64,000 bases of DNA from assembly GCA_041937175.2 (NCBI GenBank), contig CP166615.1:1856001-1920000 (forward strand), written 5' to 3'. Source of the DNA: Limnothrix sp. BL-A-16. Its GTDB lineage: Bacteria; Cyanobacteriota; Cyanobacteriia; CACIAM-69d. Positions 51,208-60,061 of the stretch are shown here, piece after piece. Every line of letters begins with the position of its first letter. Position 1 is the stretch's first letter. The notes beneath the pieces were generated by a model. The model was not told the origin of the DNA and searched no databases. It worked only from the letters and a program-made list of their open reading frames with translations. A program made the translations under genes and the position numbers.

Positions 51208-52080
51208 TTGGCTGCTTCTGAACAGGCCCCAGCAATTCCTCAAGCCATCCCGCAAGCGCTCCATGTGGAAACCCGCGGCCGGGGGCTGCCGCTGTTGTGT
51301 TTGCATGGTCACCCCGGCTCTGGGCGCAGTATGCGAGTGTTTACGCGCCATTGGGCCGATCGATTCTGGACGATCGCGCCGGATTTGCGGGGATATGGCC
51401 GCAGTCGATCGGGGGGTGACTTTGCCATGGAAGCCCACATTGCGGATTTGGTTGCCCTGCTCGATCGGCTCCAAATTGACCAAGCCCTGGTTTTGGGTTG
51501 GTCTTTGGGGGGAATTTTGGCCCTGGAGTTGGCCCTGCGACATCCCGATCGAGTGCAGGGGCTGATTCTGATTGCCACGGCGGCCCGCCCCCGCAGCGCC
51601 CCCATGCCCAGCCAACGCCGGGACTTGGCCTACACCCTGATTGCAGCTCTGTTGAATGGGGTATGGCCCGGTTGGGCTTGGAATATTCGGCAATTTGGCG
51701 AGCGATCGCTCCTGCGCTACTTGATCCAACGCCACACTCCCGAAACCTATCGCTACTTGGCTGAATCGGCGGTGTGGGATGTGTTGCAAACCTCAGGGGC
51801 GGCCACCCGATCGCTGCGTCAGGCGCTTCAGGCTGGCTACGATCGCCGGGCGGATTTGGCCAAAATTTGCTGCCCAGCACTGGTGATGGCCGGAGCGGGC
51901 GATCGCCACATCACCCCGATCGCCAGTCTGGAAACCGCCACCGGCTTACCCCGCAGCCAATGGCACTGTTATGACGGCGTGGCACACCTGTTTCCTTGGG
52001 AAATTCCCGATCGGGTTTTGGCAGATATCGATCGCTGGCTTCAGGAACAGGGTTTTGGGCCACTCGATTCACCCAAGTAA
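51208..52080 (+). CDS. Alpha/beta fold hydrolase
   Basis: LHGHPG, PDLRGYGRS, GWSLGG nucleophile elbow, AHLFPWE. Confidence 0.9.
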   Translation: MAASEQAPAIPQAIPQALHVETRGRGLPLLCLHGHPGSGRSMRVFTRHWADRFWTIAPDLRGYGRSRSGGDFAMEAHIADLVALLDRLQIDQALVLGWSLGGILALELALRHPDRVQGLILIATAARPRSAPMPSQRRDLAYTLIAALLNGVWPGWAWNIRQFGERSLLRYLIQRHTPETYRYLAESAVWDVLQTSGAATRSLRQALQAGYDRRADLAKICCPALVMAGAGDRHITPIASLETATGLPRSQWHCYDGVAHLFPWEIPDRVLADIDRWLQEQGFGPLDSPK

Positions 52081-52086
52081 TGGGAG

Positions 52087-52206
52087 TTGTCGTGGGGGGG
52101 CAAGGGGCTTAAGCCCCTTGTCTGTGCCGATCGATTGGGCCCCTTGTCTGTGTCGATCGATGAGGCCCACCAGCTAGTTCTAGCTGTGGCTTTTCAGACA
52201 TCCGCT
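52087..52206 (-). mobile_element. MITE-like element, family B, partial; palindrome at 52101-52120
   Basis: Minus strand begins AGCGGATGTCTGAAAAGCC and continues ATCGACACAGACAAGGGG, colinear with 3118-3194; arm duplicated; second end not found. Confidence 0.55.
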
Positions 52207-52310
52207 CAGGGCCACAGTCTGGGAACGTGGAGGCGGGTGATAGGATACAAATTCGACTAATCAGCGCCGCTTCACAGGCCGATCGCACCGCCGCACCACC
52301 GATAACCACC

Positions 52311-53411
52311 ATGGGCAACACGTTTGGACATCTGTTTCGGATCACCACCTTTGGCGAATCCCACGGTGGTGGGGTTGGCGTTGTGATCGATGGTTGCCCG
52401 CCCCGGTTGCCCCTGACGGCCGAAGAAATTCAGGTGGAACTCGATCGCCGCCGGCCGGGCCAGAGCAAAATCACCACGCCACGCAAGGAAACCGACCAGT
52501 GCGAAATCCTTTCGGGGGTGTTTGAGGGCAAAACCCTGGGTACCCCAATCACGATTTTGGTGCGGAATAAGGACACCCGGCCCCAGGACTACGACGAGAT
52601 GGCCAAGACCTATCGCCCGTCCCACGCCGACGCAACCTATGACGCAAAATACGGGTTTCGCAATTGGCAGGGCGGTGGGCGATCGTCCGCGCGGGAAACG
52701 ATCGGGCGGGTGGCAGCCGGGGCGATCGCCAAGAAGATCCTGACGGAATTCGGCAACATCGAAATCGTCGGCTACGTGAAGCGAATTAAGGATCTCGAAG
52801 CGGCGATCGACCCGCTGACCGTGACCACGGAGCAGGTGGAAAGCAATATTCTGCGATCGCCCGATGGGGACTTTGCCGAACGGGCGATCGCCCTGATTGA
52901 GTCGATCCGCGATGAGGGCGATTCGGTCGGGGGCGTGGTGGAATGCGTGGTGCGGAATTTGCCGATGGGCTTGGGGTCGCCCGTGTTCGATCGCCTGGAA
53001 GCCGACCTAGCCAAAGCAGTGATGTCCCTGCCCGCCACCAAAGGGTTCGAGGTGGGATCGGGCTTTGCGGGCACGTTGCTGAAGGGCAGCGAACACAACG
53101 ACGAGTTTTACACCGATGAAACGGGCAAACTGCGGACGACCACCAATCGATCGGGCGGAGTCCAAGGCGGCATCAGCAACGGCGAACCGGTCGTGATCCG
53201 CATTGCCTTCAAGCCCACGGCCACGATTCGCAAGGCCCAAAACACCGTCGATCAAACCGGGGAAGCCAAGGTGCTGGCGGGCAAGGGTCGCCACGATCCC
53301 TGTGTGTTGCCCCGGGCCGTACCGATGGTGGAGGCGATGGTGGCGTTGGTGGTTTGTGATCATTTGCTGCGCGATCGGGCCCAATGCCACACCCTCGAAG
53401 ATTTGGCATAG
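52311..53411 (+). CDS. aroC: Chorismate synthase
   Basis: [51 protein letters not shown]. Confidence 0.98.
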   Translation: MGNTFGHLFRITTFGESHGGGVGVVIDGCPPRLPLTAEEIQVELDRRRPGQSKITTPRKETDQCEILSGVFEGKTLGTPITILVRNKDTRPQDYDEMAKTYRPSHADATYDAKYGFRNWQGGGRSSARETIGRVAAGAIAKKILTEFGNIEIVGYVKRIKDLEAAIDPLTVTTEQVESNILRSPDGDFAERAIALIESIRDEGDSVGGVVECVVRNLPMGLGSPVFDRLEADLAKAVMSLPATKGFEVGSGFAGTLLKGSEHNDEFYTDETGKLRTTTNRSGGVQGGISNGEPVVIRIAFKPTATIRKAQNTVDQTGEAKVLAGKGRHDPCVLPRAVPMVEAMVALVVCDHLLRDRAQCHTLEDLA

Positions 53412-53426
53412 CGTAGAGATTGCGTT

Positions 53427-53513
53427 GAGATCAGCCAAATCGAGATCAGCCAAGTCGAGATCGGGTATGTCGAGATTGAGGATGTCAGGATCGGCCAAGT
53501 CGAGATTCGGCAT
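53427..53513. repeat. Degenerate 15-bp tandem repeat (about 6 units)
   Basis: GAGATCAGCCAAATC GAGATCAGCCAAGTC GAGATCGGGTATGTC GAGATTGAGGATGTC AGGATCGGCCAAGTC GAGATTCGGCAT. Confidence 0.75.
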
Positions 53514-54429
53514 GGCGGGCATTTTGGGGTTGCTGTGCGGCTTATTGCCCTTGGGTTTGGGCGGCTGTGCCAACGATGGTGCAGCCAGCCGAGCCTTGGA
53601 ACAATCCCTCGCGCCCGACCCGGCCTTGCAAGCGAGTCCTAGCCCCGCCGCTCAACCCAGCCCGAGTCCGAGCTTGATTGCTCCGAGTCCTGACCCGATC
53701 GCCAGCCCGATCGCCCCCAGTCCCAGCCCCAGCCCTAGTCCCACCGTTCAACCCAGCCCGATCGCCAGCCTCTCTCAGGAATTGCAACCCTATTGGCAAG
53801 ATTGGCGCAAGCTCGATCGCCTCCAGGGCCTCCAGGATCCGAACCAAATCGTGACCCGGCGGCAATTTGCCCGCTGGCTCGCGAGCGCCAATAACCAACT
53901 GTTCCAAAACCGTCCGGCCTGGCAGGTGCGATCGGCCAATGTCAGCAGCCAGCCCCTCTTCACCGATGTGCCCACTACGGATCCAGATTTTCCCACCATC
54001 CAAGGCTTGGCCGAAGCGGGCATTATCCCCAGTCGCTTAACGGGCAACAACAGCCCCACCTTCAGCCCCGATGGCCCCCTCACACGGGAAACCATGGTGC
54101 TGTGGAAAGTGCCCCTCGATTTGCGTCGTCCCTTGCCACCGGCCACCGTGGAAACCGTGCAAAAGGCCTGGGGATTTTTGGATGCAACCAAGGTAGATGC
54201 CCAGGCCCTCCGGGCGATCGCTGCCGATCGCGAGAACGGCGAACTCTCCAACATTCGCCGGGTTTTTGGGTTCACCACCCTTCTGCAACCCCAAAAACCG
54301 ATCACCCAAGGGGAAGCCGCCGCCGCTCTTTGGTACTTTGGCCCCGAAGGCCAAGGCATCACCGCCAAGGATTTGCTCAGCAATGCACCGTCCCCGATCG
54401 CCCCGCCAGCTTCCCCGGCCGTAAACTAA
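53512..54429 (+). CDS. S-layer homology (SLH) domain lipoprotein (start approximate)
   Basis: Lipobox LGGC, Pro/Ser-rich linker, FTDVP..DPDF..IQGLAEAGII, LTRE...WKVPLD. Confidence 0.85.
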   Translation: MAGILGLLCGLLPLGLGGCANDGAASRALEQSLAPDPALQASPSPAAQPSPSPSLIAPSPDPIASPIAPSPSPSPSPTVQPSPIASLSQELQPYWQDWRKLDRLQGLQDPNQIVTRRQFARWLASANNQLFQNRPAWQVRSANVSSQPLFTDVPTTDPDFPTIQGLAEAGIIPSRLTGNNSPTFSPDGPLTRETMVLWKVPLDLRRPLPPATVETVQKAWGFLDATKVDAQALRAIAADRENGELSNIRRVFGFTTLLQPQKPITQGEAAAALWYFGPEGQGITAKDLLSNAPSPIAPPASPAVN

Positions 54430-54487
54430 ACGCAACGAATTCCCTGCTTTTGCACAAATTTTGGTGACCGCCGCGATAGAAAGATGA

Positions 54488-55267
54488 TTGCCGGCCTCAA
54501 CATCGATGTCTATTAGGTCTTCGTCTGTGGTGCGATTCACCTTCCAGCCTCCACCGCCAGGATCCCCCGATCCCGATCGCGATCGCCAATTAAACCAAAC
54601 CCTCCAAACCCTGGTGCTGCGGGCCCAAAGTCTACCGCCCCAAAGTCTAGAGTTCAGAAAAGCGATCGAGCAGGTGCTGAAACTTGTTTGTGAATCGAAC
54701 CGGCTTCGACGTTCTCTAGCAACCCAGAAGGTTTATCGAGATCACCCCCGTTATGAGGAGTTTTATCACGAGGCATTTTGCCGCTTGCTCGATTGGCTAA
54801 CCATCGCCATCCAGAAGAAACAGTACGATCCCGATCGGGGTGAAGTCATGACTTGGCTCAACGACAAACTCAAGTGGCTATTTAAGGATGCTGTCCGCGA
54901 TTTAACCGGCGTGCGCACACCCTTTGCAACCGGTGTAGATTTGGAAAACCTGGATGAGCGGGGCGAGCTGCCCGCCGATATGAACCCTTGGTCAGCACTC
55001 ATGGCGCAAGAAGAGCTGGATTCATCGGAAGTTTGGCGACTTTACAAAGCCCAAGATCCCGATGGATTGCTACAAAAAGTGGTTTTTGAGTCAATTCGCC
55101 TTGAACAACTGATTGATGCTAAAAATCAAGGAAAGAGTATGCGGAAATTGGCAATTGAGCTATCCGTCAATGCCAATACTCTTAGTTCTATCTACACTCG
55201 CAATAAAGATCAGTTCTTCGAGTCGGTTCGGCGCTTTAAGAAGTCGCTCCAACCGCCTGATGAATAG
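54488..55267 (+). CDS. Cyanobacterial sigma-70-like factor (divergent, ECF-sized); ATG start probably 54506
   Basis: Region-2-like Y.EA........YDPDRGEVMTWLN..L; C-terminal HTH GKSMRKLAIELSVNANTLSSIY.R. Confidence 0.7.
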   Translation: MPASTSMSIRSSSVVRFTFQPPPPGSPDPDRDRQLNQTLQTLVLRAQSLPPQSLEFRKAIEQVLKLVCESNRLRRSLATQKVYRDHPRYEEFYHEAFCRLLDWLTIAIQKKQYDPDRGEVMTWLNDKLKWLFKDAVRDLTGVRTPFATGVDLENLDERGELPADMNPWSALMAQEELDSSEVWRLYKAQDPDGLLQKVVFESIRLEQLIDAKNQGKSMRKLAIELSVNANTLSSIYTRNKDQFFESVRRFKKSLQPPDE

Positions 55268-55683
55268 CCTAATTCACGCAGAAACTTCCTTGAACTTAGT
55301 TCTTTAGGAAAATTCTTCTCGTGAGTTGGTTAATCAAATCTAGACATGCATCTCCTAGTACACCCGCTCTCTTCATTTTCATCGTTTTTGTCACTCTCTA
55401 ATCAAGCCTACTCTTTAGCAAAAACCCTCTAAGAGGAGACAGTATTCTCGATTCAGGTGGCTTTAAATTTTCAATTGCTTCTTTCAATTGCTTCTTCTAA
55501 TTGACGATTGACCAAATATTGATCAACTCCAGTCGGGGACTACCATCCCTGGTCTTTGGTTTTTCAAAATTGGTATTGTCAATCAGAATTAATGATTGAA
55601 GACTACTTGAAATTAGCCTGAAACAAACTTGAATTTCAATCAAAATTGAGTTGGTTAACCCTCCAATGACGGACAACTAGATC

Positions 55684-56889
55684 ATGACCCTTGACCCCAT
55701 TTCACCCAATCCTCAACCCACAGAAACTAACCAGTTCCACGAAATAATTACAATTCCCTTGCGCGCCAAACACCGAGCCACCGCCGAACAATTTGCCCAG
55801 TCCGCAACGCATCCAAGCCAGCGTGATGTGATCTATCACAACACGTTGGCGATCCTAGCCCTCAGTGATTGGTTAAATTGGCTGCAAATTCCCCATTCCC
55901 ATCAGGATTGCGAGAGTTGGGATTCTGTAATTCGAGGATTTGATGATGTGGCGGATTTGGCGATCGAGGGAGTAGGTCGAGTAGAGTGCCGGCCGGTTTT
56001 TCCGGGGGCTGATGCTTTGGAAATCGCCCCAGAATCCCAAGCCGATCGGGTCGGCTACTTTGCCATTGGCTTGAATTTGCAAATGGGCGATCGCCCCGAA
56101 GCCACTTTGATTGGGTTTATCCCCACATCGGCCCTGTTCGATCGAGAACAAATTTGGCTCTCAGAACTCCAATCTTTGGATGATTTCTTAGAATGGTGGG
56201 ATGCAAAGGTTGCAGAAACTCGCATTGTAAATTCTGAAACTAGTCAACAGAATGTTTCAACCAGCAACGCAGTAGCCAGCTCGGAAATTGATCCCAAGAT
56301 TAATCCAGAGATCAATCCAAAGATTAATCCAACAATTAATCCTAGAATTAATCCAGAACCTGATTCAGAACTCCCTCCAGAAGTCAAACCAACGGGAGCC
56401 AAGCCGGCCGTTTCCCTGATCCCTTGGCTCGAAAATCAATTCGAGCATGGTTGGCAGAATCTGAACAGTTTATTGCAAGACATCCTAGAGCCAGATTCCT
56501 TTAGAGTCGGTTACCGAAAACAGCCAAAAATCACAGGGGCCAAAACCCTGGCGATCGAGACTTTGGAAAAGCCAATTCTGCTGAGTGTGGTGATTGGCAA
56601 CCATGAACTCACCGAAGAAGAAGAAATCAGGCCTGAGAACTTGTCTGAGAGCCTCCTGCTGTGGGACGTTACCATTCGGCTGCAACATCTGAATGTGGAA
56701 ATGCCTTTACCCAACGAATTGCAACTCATGCTTTTGGATCATTTGGGACAAACTATGGAGCAGACCACCCCAGAGGGCCACACAAGTCTAAAAATTGATT
56801 TCATTGCAGAACCTGGGGAAACCTTCATGGTGCAAGTGGTGCTGGGGGATTTTAAAGTTATTGAAACTTTAACTGCACCATTGTTGTAA
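55684..56889 (+). CDS. DUF1822 family protein
   Basis: A.QFA......Q...IYHNTLA.LA...WL, DVADL.I.G.GR.ECRPV, DR.GY..I, L..WLEN.FE.GWQ; internal INPx repeats. Confidence 0.85.
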   Translation: MTLDPISPNPQPTETNQFHEIITIPLRAKHRATAEQFAQSATHPSQRDVIYHNTLAILALSDWLNWLQIPHSHQDCESWDSVIRGFDDVADLAIEGVGRVECRPVFPGADALEIAPESQADRVGYFAIGLNLQMGDRPEATLIGFIPTSALFDREQIWLSELQSLDDFLEWWDAKVAETRIVNSETSQQNVSTSNAVASSEIDPKINPEINPKINPTINPRINPEPDSELPPEVKPTGAKPAVSLIPWLENQFEHGWQNLNSLLQDILEPDSFRVGYRKQPKITGAKTLAIETLEKPILLSVVIGNHELTEEEEIRPENLSESLLLWDVTIRLQHLNVEMPLPNELQLMLLDHLGQTMEQTTPEGHTSLKIDFIAEPGETFMVQVVLGDFKVIETLTAPLL

Positions 56890-56920
56890 TTCGCGCCCGC
56901 TCGCTAGGGTTCGATAAAAT

Positions 56921-59900
56921 GTGTCTGGTTTCGTCAGGGCTACCATGGCACACATTTGGGGTCTACAAGCGCTAAACTGCCGCACCATCTCCCTGTTTGG
57001 AGTGGGGGTTATGTTAACCCATGGGTTGATGGCAAGCTTTTTGGCCACTGCTGCGGTTGCTGAGTCGATCGCCCCGGATGGTCAACTTTCAACCACGGTG
57101 CAGCAACGGGAACCCAACCAATGGACGATCGAGGGGGGCGATCGGGCCGGGAGCAACCTGTTTCATAGTTTTCAGCAATTTTCGATTCCCACGGGTGGGC
57201 TGGCTCACTTCAACAATGCCGCCGACGTGGCCAACATTTTTGCCCGCGTGACCGGTGGCCAGCGATCACTCCTGGACGGAACGCTGAGGGCCAATGGGGC
57301 AGCCAATCTTTTCCTATTAAATCCAGCGGGGATTTTGTTTGGGCCCAATGCTCGCCTAGATCTGGGCGGGTCGTTTTTTGCGAGTACGGCCGATCGCCTG
57401 GTGTTTGCGGATGGGCTGAGTTTTGGGGTGAACGACTCGGCGGGGCGGCCGTTGCTGTCGATGACTGTACCGGTGGGATTGCAGTATGGGTCTGCGCCGG
57501 GGCCGATTCGGGTGGAGGCGCGATCGCTCGATCCAACTGCGACTGTTCCCACGGGTTTAGAAGTGAAACCGAGTCAGGCGATCGGCTTGTTTGGTGGGGC
57601 GATCGAGCTGGATGGTGGTGTGTTGATTGCGCCGCGTGGTCGCCTGCAACTGATCGCCAACAATCCCGATGCAACCCTGGCGTTTAATGCACCAATTGCC
57701 ACCATTCAAACCACAAATTCCGGATCGATCGGCACTGGTCAAGCTGCTATTTCACCATCGAACATTCTATTAACGAATAAAGCCCTTTTGGACGTTCGAG
57801 ACCCGGTTCAGGGTGGGACGGTGCAATTAGATGGCCACAACATCACCCTCACTTCTGGTTCTAAGGTTTTTGCAGGTGTTATTCCTAGTTCCTTAGAGAA
57901 AAACTCTGAATTGAGTGTGACTAACCTTGATCCCACCATTCTTGCGACATTACCCACTAGTGGCGATATTATTGCCCGAGCCACTGATACGATCACTCTA
58001 GATGGAGGGTTAACCTTTTTTTCTAATGGTGTTGATCCAGATTCCGTGGGTAATGCTGGCAATACCACACTAAATGCTCAATTGATTCAGCTATCTAATG
58101 GTGGTCGTGTTTATACCGGAACTGAGGGATTAGGGAATGCGGGAAATTTATCCCTAACGGCTGACAAATTAACGGTGACCGGTGCAAGCTCAAAGCCCTA
58201 TTTATTTAGTGGCGTTCTCAACTTGGCAGAGACATCAGGGTTAGGCAATGGTGGGCGAATTGATATCCAAGTCAACTCAATTTATATGACTGACGGCGGC
58301 TCAATTCGGGCTAATACTTCAGGGCAGGGGAATGCAGGTCGGATTACCATCCGAGCAACAGGCGATATTTTGATTGAGCGCGTGGATATTAGACCTGAAA
58401 TAGAAGTCGATCGAGACCCGAGCGGAATCTATAGCCGCAGCACAGAAAATTCCACGGGGAATGGTGGAACCATCGATCTTCAGGCGCGATCGCTCACGCT
58501 TCGCGATGGTGGATTCATCAATGCCAACACGCTTGGAAGCGGCAATGCAGGCAGTTTATTAATTAATGTCAGTGAAGCAATTAACATCTCTGGTGTAGGC
58601 CAATTAGAAGAAACACTTATATTTTCTGAAACAGAAAGACTTGTTTTTCAGCAATCTAGTGGATTGTATAGCTCCGTTTCAAGAACGGGTACAGGGGAAG
58701 GAGGAAATATTCAGGTTAATACCAATGCTTTGTCTGTTCTGGAGGGTGGCTTAATTATCACGAGAACCAACGGGCGCGGTAATGCTGGCAATATTCGGAT
58801 TTTTGTGCCGGGGCCTGTGATTGTTGATGGAGTTGGCCCTGATTTATCAGCTAGTGCAATCTTGAGTTCTGCTGAGCGGGGAAGTCGCGGTAGCGGTGGA
58901 ACGATTCGAGTAGAAGCACAATCACTAACGGTTTCTAATGGTGCTGTAATTAATACCCAAACATTCTCTAACCAAGATGCAGGAAGCATTGTGCTTGAAG
59001 CAGATCGCCTATCATTTTTGAATGGAGGACAAGCGATCGCCACGACCCAGAGTGCAGGTCGGGCGGGTGACATCACCATTCAGGCAAATGAGATGGTCGT
59101 CGCAGGGCTTGATCCGCTTTTTTCTGAGCGACAAAAGCTCTTTGAAAACAGTGTTGATAACAACATCATTGGGCAAAACTTAGGATCGTTTAGCGGCATT
59201 TTTGTGGGAGCAGATGTCGAGTCAACGGGAGAAGGAGGCAGCCTTGATATACAAGCCGCATCCTTGACCTTACAGCCAGGAACAACCTTAGCCGTGGGGT
59301 CATCTGGCAGTGGCGCAGCGGGACGGATGCGACTCGTTGTTGACCAGTTGCAGATGAATAATGGGCATTTGTCAGCCGAAACGCGATCGGGGGCGTTTGG
59401 CGGTATCCAAATTGATAGCCAAGGGATCGAATTACGGGAGCGATCGCTGATCAGCACCAACGCTCAGGGGGAAGCCACGGGCGGCAACATTGTGATTGAC
59501 ACTGACACGCTGGTGGCACTGGAAAACAGCGATATTGCCGCAAATTCGGTGAATAGTTTTGGTGGGCGGGTGAATTTGCGGGCCCAAGGGGTGTTTGGCA
59601 CGGCGTTTCGGGAAGCACTGACTGATCGCAGTGATATCACCGTCAGCTCGGCAAGGGGGCCAGAATTTAGTGGCACGGCGCAACTGGAAGTGCTGAACCC
59701 CGACCCGGCCCGAGGGGCGATCGCCCTGCCGACGGCGGTTGGTGTGCCCCCCAAACCCACCAGCCCCTGCGGCCGCCGATCGGATCCGAGGGCGATCGAG
59801 TTTTTTGCCTTGGGACGGGCGGGCCAAGCACCCAACCCGATCGAGGCGGCTACCTTGGAAACCATGCCCTTTGCGGCGGATTTGCGCCCGATCGCCCCAA

Positions 59901-60061
59901 CGACCACCGCCCAAGCCGAAACCACCCCTCCGCTGCGGGAGCCAATCTTGGAAGCCACCCATTGGCAAAGAACCGAAACCGGACAAATTCAGTTGGTGGC
60001 CGCTGCTCCAGTGCAATGGGCGGGATTTGACTCTGGTTGCCGTTGGGGGGCTGAACCATGA
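56921..60061 (+). CDS. Filamentous haemagglutinin N-terminal (TPS) domain exoprotein
   Basis: NLFHSFQQFSI, NIFARVTGG, ANLFLLNPAGILFGPNARL; G.G(N/G)AG.I.I beta-helix repeats; C-terminal EA..W.....G.I.LVA. Confidence 0.9.
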   Translation: MSGFVRATMAHIWGLQALNCRTISLFGVGVMLTHGLMASFLATAAVAESIAPDGQLSTTVQQREPNQWTIEGGDRAGSNLFHSFQQFSIPTGGLAHFNNAADVANIFARVTGGQRSLLDGTLRANGAANLFLLNPAGILFGPNARLDLGGSFFASTADRLVFADGLSFGVNDSAGRPLLSMTVPVGLQYGSAPGPIRVEARSLDPTATVPTGLEVKPSQAIGLFGGAIELDGGVLIAPRGRLQLIANNPDATLAFNAPIATIQTTNSGSIGTGQAAISPSNILLTNKALLDVRDPVQGGTVQLDGHNITLTSGSKVFAGVIPSSLEKNSELSVTNLDPTILATLPTSGDIIARATDTITLDGGLTFFSNGVDPDSVGNAGNTTLNAQLIQLSNGGRVYTGTEGLGNAGNLSLTADKLTVTGASSKPYLFSGVLNLAETSGLGNGGRIDIQVNSIYMTDGGSIRANTSGQGNAGRITIRATGDILIERVDIRPEIEVDRDPSGIYSRSTENSTGNGGTIDLQARSLTLRDGGFINANTLGSGNAGSLLINVSEAINISGVGQLEETLIFSETERLVFQQSSGLYSSVSRTGTGEGGNIQVNTNALSVLEGGLIITRTNGRGNAGNIRIFVPGPVIVDGVGPDLSASAILSSAERGSRGSGGTIRVEAQSLTVSNGAVINTQTFSNQDAGSIVLEADRLSFLNGGQAIATTQSAGRAGDITIQANEMVVAGLDPLFSERQKLFENSVDNNIIGQNLGSFSGIFVGADVESTGEGGSLDIQAASLTLQPGTTLAVGSSGSGAAGRMRLVVDQLQMNNGHLSAETRSGAFGGIQIDSQGIELRERSLISTNAQGEATGGNIVIDTDTLVALENSDIAANSVNSFGGRVNLRAQGVFGTAFREALTDRSDITVSSARGPEFSGTAQLEVLNPDPARGAIALPTAVGVPPKPTSPCGRRSDPRAIEFFALGRAGQAPNPIEAATLETMPFAADLRPIAPTTTAQAETTPPLREPILEATHWQRTETGQIQLVAAAPVQWAGFDSGCRWGAEP

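Noticed and set aside
53203..53511. N-terminal extension of the SLH protein overlapping aroC
   Set aside because: It overlaps the aroC 3' end; the signal peptide and lipobox point to a start near 53468-53512.
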